A stretch of 64,000 nucleotides of DNA from Candidatus Dojkabacteria bacterium (GCA_016932045.1 JAFGDO010000011.1:5997-69996), one strand, 5' to 3'. Counted from the stretch's first letter, positions 47,341 to 56,963 are shown. A program made the numbers and translations. The notes: a model not told the origin generated them from the sequence alone.

Positions 47341-49422
47341 ATGGCCAAACTGAAAGATAAAGAAAATTATATTCTAGTATTTCTATCCTCTTCTCTTCTC
47401 TTTATAACGATACTATTGTTTTTTCCTGGAAGAATTTTTGCAGCAGGTGCAAATCCACTCGAAAGGCTACCTACTGGAAAAACAACACCTGATGATTTAG
47501 GTTGGACATATATCGGGTCCAGTGTTGGCGGGTATAAGTGCTATGATTTAGCTAGTTATGGTGTAGAAAAGGTCAGATATGTTATGTTCTTAAATGATTC
47601 AAATCAGACTGAATGGGATGTAAGAGGTGCAGATCCTGATGGTGTACTTGTGATACACGCAGAAGATCCTGCTTATAACGGAATCGGAGCAAATGCTGTT
47701 GCGCATGTAAAGATCGGAGACGGGGGTGTAGGCAAGTATGGATGTAATGATGATGGAAATCTAAGTCGCGTTCTGGGAGCTCCAAAAAGATGTGGAGGAA
47801 CTCCGGGATGTGCTTGTGCTCTTGGTCACGATCCGGAGCCGGGACAATACGGCGGAGAAAGTGGGTATGTTATATTGGATGTTGCTTGTGGTACTAATAT
47901 AAATCCACTGACTTGTAGTGGTCCAGAAAGTGAGGATAGTGGAAGGCTGATAGTTGATAGGCCTGGCAATGACTTTTGTGTGTCTGAAGTTGGTTATGGA
48001 GAATCTCATAGACTTTATACATTAGATTACTATGCAAATGCACCTGAAGTAACGGTAAACAAACCCGAGAATTGTGCAAATGAGTTTGTGTTTAGAATTA
48101 CAGCAAGGGATGATGAGGATCAAGGAGTTTCAAAATTTACGCTACTTCTTAATGATAAACGTAGTGGTCCTTGGGTGGTAAGGTCTGACCGTCTAGGAGT
48201 CGATCTGGAGGCTGGCGGTAAAAATAGTCTTGGAGCAATTGTGGAAGATTATAGAGAGCCTTCAAGTAAAGAATCTATACTTGAACTTAAAGTAGGAAAT
48301 TTATCTACAAGATTTGATGAAGAAGATATAGGTGTTTTAGCTGAAGTGGAAGATAAGCGGGGACAAATAGGCAAGGGCGACGGAGGGACCTTTATCTCGG
48401 GTTTAAAGCCAGCAGTGGAATTCTTGAATGATTCCAGGGAGGAAAATACTATAACTTTGAGTTGGCAAGTGAGCGATAATCGGCCACTTGCAACAAAATG
48501 CAATTTTTCGTGTGCTGGAGACGGAGCTTGCAACTGTGGGGCTATTCCATGTCCAAGTATGAATCCAGAGACAGTATCAATTTCTTGTACACTCGAAACA
48601 ATCGGCAGCTATAATTTCGAATATACTGTAGAAAACATTTGTGGTTCTGATACAGATAGTCAGGGAGCTACATTGGGAGCCCCATGGCTTATGACGGCTT
48701 ATGGTGATACTTATGCACATCAGGGGTTTGGTACTTTGGTAATGCAGGATGTTATCGATGATACTATGGTATCTTCCTGGGCTAAAGGTGAGCCTCCAGG
48801 CAGTGGGAATCAAGCATATTTTTCAACATACATAATTTCAAAGTTTGATCAAAATTATCCTAGTAGAACAAGTTTGTTAAATTACTTACTTTCTCCTTAT
48901 GAGGATAGGAATGTATCTAAAGTTGGTACTCCAGATGAAGTTTACCATTTTATGTTTGCTCTTGCTCAATCTAATGAATGTTTTGATTCTGGTTTTTGTT
49001 CGGAAGTTCTAAATAAAGATGTTGATGTTTCCAGTATGAACTGTGAGGCGACGCATGTTTATTTTGTAGATGGGGATCTAAATTTTATTGGCAGTGGCAG
49101 TTTCTTGGCGTCCCCAAATGAAGCGTGTGTTTTTGTTGTGAAGGGAAATGTCACAGTGGGATCAGGGGTCGAAAGAATAGACAGCTTTATACTTTTAGAT
49201 GGACAGTTCGAAACTGAAATTAGTGGTACAACACTTGTTTTGCAAGGGGGGGTAATAACAGATAATTCTCTTTTTAAAAGATCCTTAAGCGGTTTTCAGA
49301 ACAATGATATGCCAAGTGAAATCATTATATATGATGCAAAGTATCTGGATTTACTTCGAGAATATATAAGTCAGGGATACACTGTCAAAATAAGAGAATA
49401 TAGTTATTCAAGTGTTAAGTAA
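47341..49422 (+). CDS. Large secreted protein, paralog of the C-terminal part of 43813-46731
   Basis: A signal peptide is present. Shared blocks are AYGDTYAHQGF, CVFVVKGNVTVGSG and LQGGVI. The shared C-terminal block is YDAKYLDLLREYISQGYTVKIREYSYS. Confidence 0.65.
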   Translation: MAKLKDKENYILVFLSSSLLFITILLFFPGRIFAAGANPLERLPTGKTTPDDLGWTYIGSSVGGYKCYDLASYGVEKVRYVMFLNDSNQTEWDVRGADPDGVLVIHAEDPAYNGIGANAVAHVKIGDGGVGKYGCNDDGNLSRVLGAPKRCGGTPGCACALGHDPEPGQYGGESGYVILDVACGTNINPLTCSGPESEDSGRLIVDRPGNDFCVSEVGYGESHRLYTLDYYANAPEVTVNKPENCANEFVFRITARDDEDQGVSKFTLLLNDKRSGPWVVRSDRLGVDLEAGGKNSLGAIVEDYREPSSKESILELKVGNLSTRFDEEDIGVLAEVEDKRGQIGKGDGGTFISGLKPAVEFLNDSREENTITLSWQVSDNRPLATKCNFSCAGDGACNCGAIPCPSMNPETVSISCTLETIGSYNFEYTVENICGSDTDSQGATLGAPWLMTAYGDTYAHQGFGTLVMQDVIDDTMVSSWAKGEPPGSGNQAYFSTYIISKFDQNYPSRTSLLNYLLSPYEDRNVSKVGTPDEVYHFMFALAQSNECFDSGFCSEVLNKDVDVSSMNCEATHVYFVDGDLNFIGSGSFLASPNEACVFVVKGNVTVGSGVERIDSFILLDGQFETEISGTTLVLQGGVITDNSLFKRSLSGFQNNDMPSEIIIYDAKYLDLLREYISQGYTVKIREYSYSSVK

Positions 49423-49519
49423 GAAGTATTTTTTTTGTTTTTACTAAATATATAGATTCTCTTTTGTACTAGACAGAAGTATTAAAATCTCTTATACTAA
49501 TAGGTAGACAATTATTTTT

Positions 49520-50599
49520 TTGATTAAACATCTTATGAACCTGCCCGATTTTTTTGGCTTAGATATTGGAACTCACTCAATAAAGGTTTGTCAGCTGAGA
49601 TGGCAAGGCAAAAATCCTACCTTGATAGCGATCGGCAATACGGCAACTCCAAGGGGAATACTCGGAAGTGAGAGTGAGGAACATCAGAAGGAGTTAGCAA
49701 GACATATTAAACTTGCGCGTAAAGATGCGGGGATTAGCGTTGATAAGGCAGTTGTTGGTTTACCAGAAGCAAGAATTTTTACCCAGCTAGTTACGGTCCC
49801 AAAAGTAGAGGAAGGAAAGGTTGAAGAACTCATTCACTGGGAGGCAAAAAAGTATGTTCCTATCCCGATTGATGAGGTAAGAATAGACTGGATATTTTTG
49901 GGAGAGAGAAATATAGATGGTCAACCCCATCTTGATGTCTTTCTTATTGCAGCTCCCAATAATCTCATAGAACGATATATAAAGGTGATGAAATATGCAG
50001 GAATAGAACCTATTGGTATAGAGACTGAGTCGATTTCAACTACCAGAGCGTTGTGGTGGCCGACACAGATGGGAGTAAAAGATGCTGATTCTCAAGAATC
50101 ATCATCGGTTATGATCTTAGACTTTGGAGCAAATAGTACTGATCTTTCAGTTGTACAAGCTGGTTCTCTACTCTTTTCACAAAGCCTTGTAACAGGATCA
50201 GATGCGCTTACAAAAGCGCTAGCTTCCGATTTCGGATTGGATGTTCAACAAGCCGAAGAGTACAAAAGAAATTATGGTCTCGATGAAACTCAATTAGAAG
50301 GTAAGATTGCTAACTCCCTAAAGCCTGTAATGCAAGTAATTACAAATGAAGCACGAAAAACACTCGATTTCTTTAAATCAAGATTTGAGAAGAGTACTCC
50401 AAGAAGGCTCTTATTAGTTGGAGATGGAGCAAAATTACCCGGAATCCTGACTTTTATGGCAACTGAACTGGGTATAGAAGCAGCGTTAGCAGACCCTTTT
50501 GCAAATGTAGCGGTTTCGAAAAATGTCGAGAGTAAATTTCAGCAGATCTCATCTGTTGGATATTGTGTAGCTCTTGGTTTATCATTAAAGACTGAGTAA
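49520..50599 (+). CDS. pilM: Type IV pilus assembly protein PilM (actin-like ATPase fold)
   Basis: FFGLDIGTHSIKVCQL is the phosphate-1 motif. LVGDGAKLPG is also present. Confidence 0.85.
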   Translation: MIKHLMNLPDFFGLDIGTHSIKVCQLRWQGKNPTLIAIGNTATPRGILGSESEEHQKELARHIKLARKDAGISVDKAVVGLPEARIFTQLVTVPKVEEGKVEELIHWEAKKYVPIPIDEVRIDWIFLGERNIDGQPHLDVFLIAAPNNLIERYIKVMKYAGIEPIGIETESISTTRALWWPTQMGVKDADSQESSSVMILDFGANSTDLSVVQAGSLLFSQSLVTGSDALTKALASDFGLDVQQAEEYKRNYGLDETQLEGKIANSLKPVMQVITNEARKTLDFFKSRFEKSTPRRLLLVGDGAKLPGILTFMATELGIEAALADPFANVAVSKNVESKFQQISSVGYCVALGLSLKTE

Positions 50600-50711
50600 G
50601 TAATATTTCAGTGGTCGAATTCTCATTCGGATCTGTAGAGCGGAATATATAATAATCTAAGGATCAACTGAAAGCGAAGGATTTTCTATAGTATATCTTT
50701 TATCTAGTATA

Positions 50712-51284
50712 ATGCCAGTATATAAACACACAATTGATTTCTTACCTAAGCCTAGTACAGAAGAGGTTGAAGAACGCTTTAAAGTATCAAAGGCAGGTGT
50801 ATATGCTGCAATTCTTCCGCTTCTTGCTGCTTTAATTTGGCTGGCTGCGGTCTTTATCAATTTCTACTACAGGAATGAGGTGAAACAAGTAGAAGCAGAG
50901 ATTCTTGCTAAACGTGTAGAGGTTGATTCATACTTGGAAACCAGGAGGAAACAAACGGAACTTGTGTTGAAAGTTGACTCATTAACGGACTTGGTTCAAA
51001 AGGATTTTTTTCCTCAAAAATTTTTTGATGATGTTTCAGATACAATTAAATCTACAGGAGATGCTCAAGCGACTATATATGCATACGGTCGAGAAGAAGA
51101 TGGTATGTTTAGTATAGAAGGGCGGGCAAACTCTTATCTTGATCTTGCTAAGATAATGGTTGTTTTTACTGGTAAGCGTGAGTTTGAGAATGTGATTATA
51201 AAATCTATTCACTATAATCCAGAGAGAAATAATGTGAATTTCGAAATAAAGTTTTACTATTCGGGATTATTGGAAGAAGTTTAA
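50712..51284 (+). CDS. pilN: PilN-like bitopic pilus alignment protein
   Basis: A single TM is followed by a coiled coil and a periplasmic-type domain. The gene sits directly after pilM. Confidence 0.5.
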   Translation: MPVYKHTIDFLPKPSTEEVEERFKVSKAGVYAAILPLLAALIWLAAVFINFYYRNEVKQVEAEILAKRVEVDSYLETRRKQTELVLKVDSLTDLVQKDFFPQKFFDDVSDTIKSTGDAQATIYAYGREEDGMFSIEGRANSYLDLAKIMVVFTGKREFENVIIKSIHYNPERNNVNFEIKFYYSGLLEEV

Positions 51285-51360
51285 AAGTATCTTGATTTTT
51301 TTATTCTAGAATTATTAAGTTGTTGGTATAAAACTTTATGATAGTTTTTATGCATATTCT

Positions 51361-52212
51361 ATGCCAGAAGAAGGATTACAAGACAGAAAAAGAGAAAAAG
51401 GAGTCCATGAGCTAGTGAAGGATGCCGAGAAAGGCCGTAAAGCACCACTACCCGAGAAGTTTAAAAAGAGCGGGAAGAATGCGTTAAAGATGATTTTATA
51501 TTATAGCGCTCCTCTGATAAGCATTGCTATATTTTTACTTATCCTTGTGTTGGGTACTATACCGGCGGTAAAAGGGATAGTGCAAAGTAATAATGAGATT
51601 GAAGAAAAGAATGGAGAAATTAAGGAACTAGAGAAACAGATTAAAGTACTTGAAGCCCTAAGGCTGAATGAGGCGGATGTGAATATGGACCTTGCTACTA
51701 TTGATAAAATAGTCCCCTCAGAGAAGACACAAGTTGCTAAATTTGTTGGAGAAATCGAGGAGATGGCAAAGTTATACAATCTTGAAGAATCAAAGTATGA
51801 ATCAGGGGAAACAATAGAAAAGCTAGAGGAAGAGATAGAAGAGGAGTTGAAAAAGGAAAGCGCTGCAATAATTCACATACCAACTTCTTCTGAGTATATA
51901 GCAACATTTGAAGATATCAAGGAGTTTCTAAATGCTTTATACTACAAAGATGATTTTATCATAGTAAGTTCCCTTGATATGCAGGGATATGAAGCTCGTG
52001 AGTATCAGGCAGGTCGTCAGCGTGAAATGGGAGAACAGGTTACAATTGACACAACAATTCCTGTAACTGAATGGACTATGAAGGTGACGTTTGAGAAGTA
52101 TCAATTTAGTGAGGGATTTAGTAAATATCTGGAGGAGAATTTAGTATCTATGCAGAGTAAGCCAAACGAAGAAACATTAATATTTATAAGGGAAAAATAC
52201 AGCAGTCAGTAA
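51361..52212 (+). CDS. pilO: PilO-like bitopic pilus alignment protein
   Basis: A single TM is followed by a coiled coil. The position is after pilM/pilN. Call by architecture only. Confidence 0.4.
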   Translation: MPEEGLQDRKREKGVHELVKDAEKGRKAPLPEKFKKSGKNALKMILYYSAPLISIAIFLLILVLGTIPAVKGIVQSNNEIEEKNGEIKELEKQIKVLEALRLNEADVNMDLATIDKIVPSEKTQVAKFVGEIEEMAKLYNLEESKYESGETIEKLEEEIEEELKKESAAIIHIPTSSEYIATFEDIKEFLNALYYKDDFIIVSSLDMQGYEAREYQAGRQREMGEQVTIDTTIPVTEWTMKVTFEKYQFSEGFSKYLEENLVSMQSKPNEETLIFIREKYSSQ

Positions 52213-52219
52213 AAATTAT

Positions 52220-52450
52220 CTACTCAACCTTCAGATATACTCGAAGATTTCTTTCTCTTGCTAAAATTGAAAGTATTGAACGTATTGCTTTTATATTTGT
52301 TCCTCCCTTTCCAATTATTCTACCCTTATCGTCATCGTGAACTTTGATTTTGTACGTGACAACTAATTCATCCTCTTCAATTTCCTCGACTTCAACACTT
52401 TCAGGTTTAGTGGCTAGTTTTGTGAGTAAAAACTCTAAGAGTTCTTTCAT
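52220..52450 (-). CDS. KH-domain RNA-binding protein (YlqC/UPF0109 family)
   Basis: The KH GxxG loop is IIGKGGTNIKAIRSIL. Length is 76 aa. The position directly downstream of rpsP is typical. Confidence 0.8.
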   Translation of the reverse strand: MKELLEFLLTKLATKPESVEVEEIEEDELVVTYKIKVHDDDKGRIIGKGGTNIKAIRSILSILARERNLRVYLKVE

Positions 52451-52456
52451 TTCTTT

Positions 52457-52906
52457 TTATTTAGATTTATCTTTTTTATCCTCAGTCTCAACTTTTTTTT
52501 CTTTTTCCTCTTTGGGTTTGGACTTTTCCTCGGGTTTAGGCTTTTCTTCCTTTTTCTCTTCTATATCCTTTTTTACTTTCTTTTCTTTTGTCTGCGGTTC
52601 CTTTTGTTTCTCTTCCCCTTTAAGAATTTCTTTTTTAGGTTTCAGAGGAGGTCTCTTTGGTCTTTGTTTCTTTTCAATAAGTTTATGCTTTGCTAATATA
52701 CTCCTTACTGTATCTGTGGGCTGTGCTCCAACAGAAAGCCAGTATTTTGCTCTTTCTACATTTACTTCTAATTTTTTACTGATTGGGTCGAGATACCCAA
52801 GATATTCAACAGCCCTGCCATCTCTTTTTGTCCTTGCTTTTATGACAATGATTCTATACGACGGCTGATTCCTTTTTCCTGTTCTTTTTAAACGTATCTT
52901 TAACAT
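52457..52906 (-). CDS. rpsP: 30S ribosomal protein bS16 with a ~65-aa Lys/Glu-rich C-terminal extension
   Basis: [41 protein letters not shown] is present. Confidence 0.9.
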   Translation of the reverse strand: MLKIRLKRTGKRNQPSYRIIVIKARTKRDGRAVEYLGYLDPISKKLEVNVERAKYWLSVGAQPTDTVRSILAKHKLIEKKQRPKRPPLKPKKEILKGEEKQKEPQTKEKKVKKDIEEKKEEKPKPEEKSKPKEEKEKKVETEDKKDKSK

Positions 52907-53008
52907 AATCTATATAAGTTAATGATTAAAATGATCTTTATCCGTAGGCCGGTGAGCCTTTGGATCGAATTTACGGTTCAGTCTATGATTTTAACAAAAG
53001 TTTGATAT

Positions 53009-53770
53009 TTAGTCTATACCAAAGTGTTCAGCTATTAAATCTTTCCAATTATCAAGGGCATTGGTTGCTGCATTTTGATGGGCTTCCTGTTTACTTGCTC
53101 CTTTCCCCTGGCCAAAATCCTTATCTTTTATAAGTACTTTTGCTGTAAATATTTTTGCATGATCTGGTCCTGTTGTCCTTATAATTTCGTATATTGGCGT
53201 CTCTCGAAGTATTTCCTGGGATATTTCCTGTAATTTAGACTTGCTGTCAATATCTAATCTTTTATCCACAATCTCGGAAATTTTATAGAAAAGTTCTCTT
53301 GCAAGAAATTTTTGGACCACCGGAAGACCTTGGTCAAGATACATAGCTCCTAGAACAGCTTCAAAAGTATTTGCAAGAATGTAAGGACGCTTTCTTCCTC
53401 CGGTTTGTTCTTCACCTTTACTCATGTAAATATAATCTCCTATTTCGAGTTTTTTTGCTTCTTCAGATAGACTTTCAGTTCTGACAGTTGCTGCTCGAAA
53501 GCTTGTAAGATCACCCTCTGTTCTATCCGGATAAGTTTCAAATAGATACTTGGAAACAAGTAGCTCTAATACAGCATCACCAAGAAATTCCAAACGTTCA
53601 TTGTGTTCTATACCACCCTTCTTATATTCGTTAACGAAAGATCTGTGGGTTAAAGCCTTCTTTAAAAGTTCTAAATCTTTAACACTTACTTTTAATCTTT
53701 TACTCAATACTTTAAGTCTAGAAGCTTCTTTCTTAGTCATAATTTGTTTCCCCTTAGTTGCATAGCTCAA
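53009..53770 (-). CDS. rnc: Ribonuclease III. The start may be the internal Met at ~53740.
   Basis: ALTHRSF...NERLEFLGDAVLEL is the signature. There is a C-terminal dsRBD. Confidence 0.9.
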   Translation of the reverse strand: MSYATKGKQIMTKKEASRLKVLSKRLKVSVKDLELLKKALTHRSFVNEYKKGGIEHNERLEFLGDAVLELLVSKYLFETYPDRTEGDLTSFRAATVRTESLSEEAKKLEIGDYIYMSKGEEQTGGRKRPYILANTFEAVLGAMYLDQGLPVVQKFLARELFYKISEIVDKRLDIDSKSKLQEISQEILRETPIYEIIRTTGPDHAKIFTAKVLIKDKDFGQGKGASKQEAHQNAATNALDNWKDLIAEHFGID

Positions 53771-53813
53771 TAGCTTAATTTGAAGCTCCTGAACTATTCA
53801 ACTTATTGATAAT

Positions 53814-54260
53814 TTATAAGTTATATTTATCAAGATTTGCAAGCAATGTCCCAAGTACACCGTTTACGAATTTACTACTAGCTTCTCCTCCAAATTCTTT
53901 CGCCAGTTCTATAGCTTCATCAATAGCAACTTTGTTTGGAGTAAACTTCTCAACAAAACCTTCTGCAATAGCTATTCTGAGAATTTGAAGATCAATTCGT
54001 GAAACCTCATCGATTGGTCTTTCTGGTGCTAACTTCGCAATTACTTTGTCAATTTTCTCATAGGATTTATTGACAGATGTAAGTATGTTTTCACATAGCT
54101 CTTTATCAACTTTCTTTATCCTGTTGATAGAGCATAGACTTGTTTCTGAAAAATCTAGATGTCTTTTATTCTCAGGTTGATTCTTCTTAAAATTCTGTTC
54201 GAATAGCTTTTGTAGGGCTAGTATTCTTGCTGCATGTCTCGGATCCTGTGAATATTTCAT
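53814..54260 (-). CDS. nusB: Transcription antitermination factor NusB
   Basis: The all-helical NusB-like sequence ...RHAARILALQKLFE...LQILRIAIAEG is present. Confidence 0.8.
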   Translation of the reverse strand: MKYSQDPRHAARILALQKLFEQNFKKNQPENKRHLDFSETSLCSINRIKKVDKELCENILTSVNKSYEKIDKVIAKLAPERPIDEVSRIDLQILRIAIAEGFVEKFTPNKVAIDEAIELAKEFGGEASSKFVNGVLGTLLANLDKYNL

Positions 54261-54341
54261 GGATTTGAAGAATAAAAAGATTTATACGTATTATCCTAGT
54301 TTCTTCACCTAATTAAAGATACAAAGGCCAATTCATATGTT

Positions 54342-54521
54342 TTAATCAGTTTTGATCATATCTTTACCTTTGTACTTGCCGCAGTTTGGGCAAACCTCAT
54401 GTGACCTTTTAAGCTTACCACAACTAGGACATTCAACAAGGTTTAGCTTCTTTAAGGCGTGATGTGATCTTCTTCTTCCCTTTCTCCCCTTTGAAGTTCT
54501 GCGCTTTGGTAATGCACCCAT
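54342..54521 (-). CDS. rpmF: 50S ribosomal protein bL32 (59 aa, below the ORF-track cutoff)
   Basis: Manual translation gives MGALPKRRTSKGRKGRRRSHHALKKLNLVECPSCGKLKRSHEVCPNCGKYKGKDMIKTD. This matches the L32 consensus AVPKRRTSKSR...LVECPNCG...H.VCP.CG.YKG. Confidence 0.8.
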   Translation of the reverse strand: MGALPKRRTSKGRKGRRRSHHALKKLNLVECPSCGKLKRSHEVCPNCGKYKGKDMIKTD

Positions 54522-54624
54522 TTTTTTTAATTAATATTTAATTCTAAATTATAGAAATAACTTAGAAACTATTATACTACAAATATTGATGATTGATAAA
54601 CTGACGAATTATATAAGGAAAAGT

Positions 54625-54690
54625 GTAAATATTCAATCTCCAATTTACAATTAACAATTAAGAATAGAGAATTAATAATTACTAACCAGA
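54625..54690. repeat. CAATYNN array + CAATTAAGAAT motif, copy 3 of 3
   Basis: attcaatctccaatttacaattaacaattaagaatagagaattaataattac lies in the divergent region between rpmF and the ORF at 54757. Confidence 0.35.
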
Positions 54691-54756
54691 GCAAGTTTGT
54701 TACATTTGAGTTGGTGACGCGTTGATTATTTACTGAAACAGATATTACTTTTTATA

Positions 54757-55044
54757 TTGCTAAATATGGAAATCAGTGAATTAGAGGGATTGGCCAGATT
54801 TTTTCAAGATATGCGGGATCCTAGGGGGGCTACTATTCGTGATATGGTGAATGAGTATTGTTATCGGCTTGGAATATGTACCGATGAAGCGCAACTGGCA
54901 GCAGTAGTACGACAAGATCCATTGGTAGCTGCCTTAAATGCTCAAGATGAACCAAAGGTTGAAGTTACTGATGCTGATATAGCAAGACTTGAAGGCGCCG
55001 TAAATAGGGCGATACAAGCTTGGCAGCAGAGAGGGGGAAGGTAA
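54757..55044 (+). CDS. Hypothetical small protein (95 aa)
   Basis: ORF with GC visibly higher than its neighbours (~45%). I recognise no motif. Confidence 0.3.
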   Translation: MLNMEISELEGLARFFQDMRDPRGATIRDMVNEYCYRLGICTDEAQLAAVVRQDPLVAALNAQDEPKVEVTDADIARLEGAVNRAIQAWQQRGGR

Positions 55045-55093
55045 TTATGCGATTATACTAGATACTATTATTCAGTTTTTAATGAGGTATTAA

Positions 55094-55678
55094 CTACGTG
55101 CTGAGTCTATAGAAGCTTAAGCTGGTGATGCCATACTTCCTTTCGTCAATTTTTTCTAGATCCCCTACTCTATCACTTGTCTTCCGGCTGCTTGGGTGCT
55201 CGGCAATCAAGATACCTTTTTTGGATAATAATTTCGCGGTTCCATCAAGAATCTTTTCTTTATAATCGTTATGTGGAGGTGTAAAAAAGATAATATCATA
55301 AACCTGTGTTTCAAGATTGAAAGTCGAGAATTCATCTAAAAATCGAGAAACTGAACCCTTAACAACTTCTGCTAGAGCTTCGAAGCCTGTTTTAGCTAAA
55401 TTCTTATGTATACATTCTATTGCATCGCGTGATTTATCTACAAAAACTGCTTTTTTTGCTCCGCGACTTATACATTCAATACCTAAAGCGCCTGTTCCGG
55501 CGTAAAGATCAAGTACATTTACGCCTATGATTATGGGGTTTATTATTGAGAAAAGTGCAGACTTAACCCTATCAGTCATTGGGCGTGTGTCTCTTCCAGG
55601 TACTTCAAGTCTTTGTCCCCTTGCACTGCCTGTAATTATTCTAGGATTTGTACTTTTGCAACTCTTCCTGTTCGACAT
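55094..55678 (-). CDS. rsmD: 16S rRNA (guanine966-N2)-methyltransferase RsmD
   Basis: RIITGSARGQRLEVP...VLDLYAGTGALGIECISRGA...DIIFFTPP is the SAM-MTase/RsmD signature. Confidence 0.85.
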   Translation of the reverse strand: MSNRKSCKSTNPRIITGSARGQRLEVPGRDTRPMTDRVKSALFSIINPIIIGVNVLDLYAGTGALGIECISRGAKKAVFVDKSRDAIECIHKNLAKTGFEALAEVVKGSVSRFLDEFSTFNLETQVYDIIFFTPPHNDYKEKILDGTAKLLSKKGILIAEHPSSRKTSDRVGDLEKIDERKYGITSLSFYRLST

Positions 55679-55752
55679 ACTATTTTAGTTTAGCCAAACA
55701 TTTAAAATTGTATTTAACTGAAACAAAATCATTCATTTTTGACAACTATAAT

Positions 55753-56931
55753 TCAATTTCTTGCTTCTTTGAACGTTTCTGGATCTTCTCCCCCGAGTCT
55801 CCAGAAGATGAATTTGTAAATCCCATATGTCCCTGCAAGTTTGATTCTCTTCTGTGTTACTTCACTGTCTTGGTACCAAATGACCTTTGTTGTATCACCT
55901 ATCGTATATGTTAACTCTTTTTCAAGAAATTCAGAATTTAATTCGTCCGAAATAATATTACCAGAAGTTTTTATGCGTTGTACATCTGTCCATGCAAGCG
56001 CCTTTGCTCCCTTAACGCCTTCATTCCATTCGTAGGCGTAAAAAGGAAGTCCTAAGACTATCTTGTGTCCTTCAACTTTGTCAGTTGCATAGTCAAGGAT
56101 GGATCGAATCCATTCTCTGGGAGCTATTGGACCGGCGGAATTTCCTGACCCGGTGTAGTCATATGCCATGATTCTAAATTCATCAACATATTTCCCAAGT
56201 GTTTCCCAATCTTGAGCTTTGCGTGATTCTGAAGCGTTTTCTATTACGGTGTCAAAATTGTTTTTCCAAAGGATAGCGATTGTTAAAACTTTTCCGTTTG
56301 AATGCAGCTTTTCGGAGAGTAGTTTTATGAAATTCGAGAATGAATCTCTATCTTGAGCTTTAATATGTTCATAATCAATATCTATTCCATCAAAGTTGAA
56401 GTTATCTACTTCACTTGTGATGGCTTCAATATGTTTATTTAAAAAGATATCATCATTTAACACAACCGATAATTCATCTGCATTTGAGTTTGAAATAGTT
56501 GGAATTATTTTGGTCCCGAATGTTTTTGTAAGATATATAAAATTACTGTTCCTTGCTGTATTTTTAAGTCCTAAAGACCCGTCGGGTTTCAGATAGTACC
56601 AAGTTGGACTTAATGACTCGATATATTCATCATTTTCCTGATATGTAGACACAGCATTGTTGAAGTCCCAATATGCGATCCAACCTGAAAGATATACTGT
56701 TGTGTCTCTTTCTATCTCTTCCACACTATGCTCTTCAGGAATGAAAGCTTCTTCTTCTATAAATGCTTCGAAAACATCTTCTAAGTCATAATTAGTATTA
56801 ACATTGTCGAATTTTGAGGTGTTTTTTTTATTGTTGACGAGCAAGTAAACGTCGATAAGTCCAAAAAGGAGGAATATGATCAGTGTCAAAAGAATGAACT
56901 TTTTAGGTCGCAGATTTTTTCGTGTGGCCAT
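55753..56931 (-). CDS. Glycoside hydrolase family 18 (chitinase-like) protein, membrane-anchored
   Basis: The GH18 catalytic motif is FDGIDIDYEH (DxxDxDxE). There is an N-terminal signal anchor. Confidence 0.75.
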   Translation of the reverse strand: MATRKNLRPKKFILLTLIIFLLFGLIDVYLLVNNKKNTSKFDNVNTNYDLEDVFEAFIEEEAFIPEEHSVEEIERDTTVYLSGWIAYWDFNNAVSTYQENDEYIESLSPTWYYLKPDGSLGLKNTARNSNFIYLTKTFGTKIIPTISNSNADELSVVLNDDIFLNKHIEAITSEVDNFNFDGIDIDYEHIKAQDRDSFSNFIKLLSEKLHSNGKVLTIAILWKNNFDTVIENASESRKAQDWETLGKYVDEFRIMAYDYTGSGNSAGPIAPREWIRSILDYATDKVEGHKIVLGLPFYAYEWNEGVKGAKALAWTDVQRIKTSGNIISDELNSEFLEKELTYTIGDTTKVIWYQDSEVTQKRIKLAGTYGIYKFIFWRLGGEDPETFKEARN

Positions 56932-56963
56932 TATGTAAATTAATTGGGGCTGACTTTATGCCT

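Noticed and set aside
52344-52868. 174-aa plus-strand ORF
   Set aside because: It is antisense to rpsP and the KH-protein gene. Its Ser/Phe-rich translation is the mirror of the Lys/Glu-rich tail codons.
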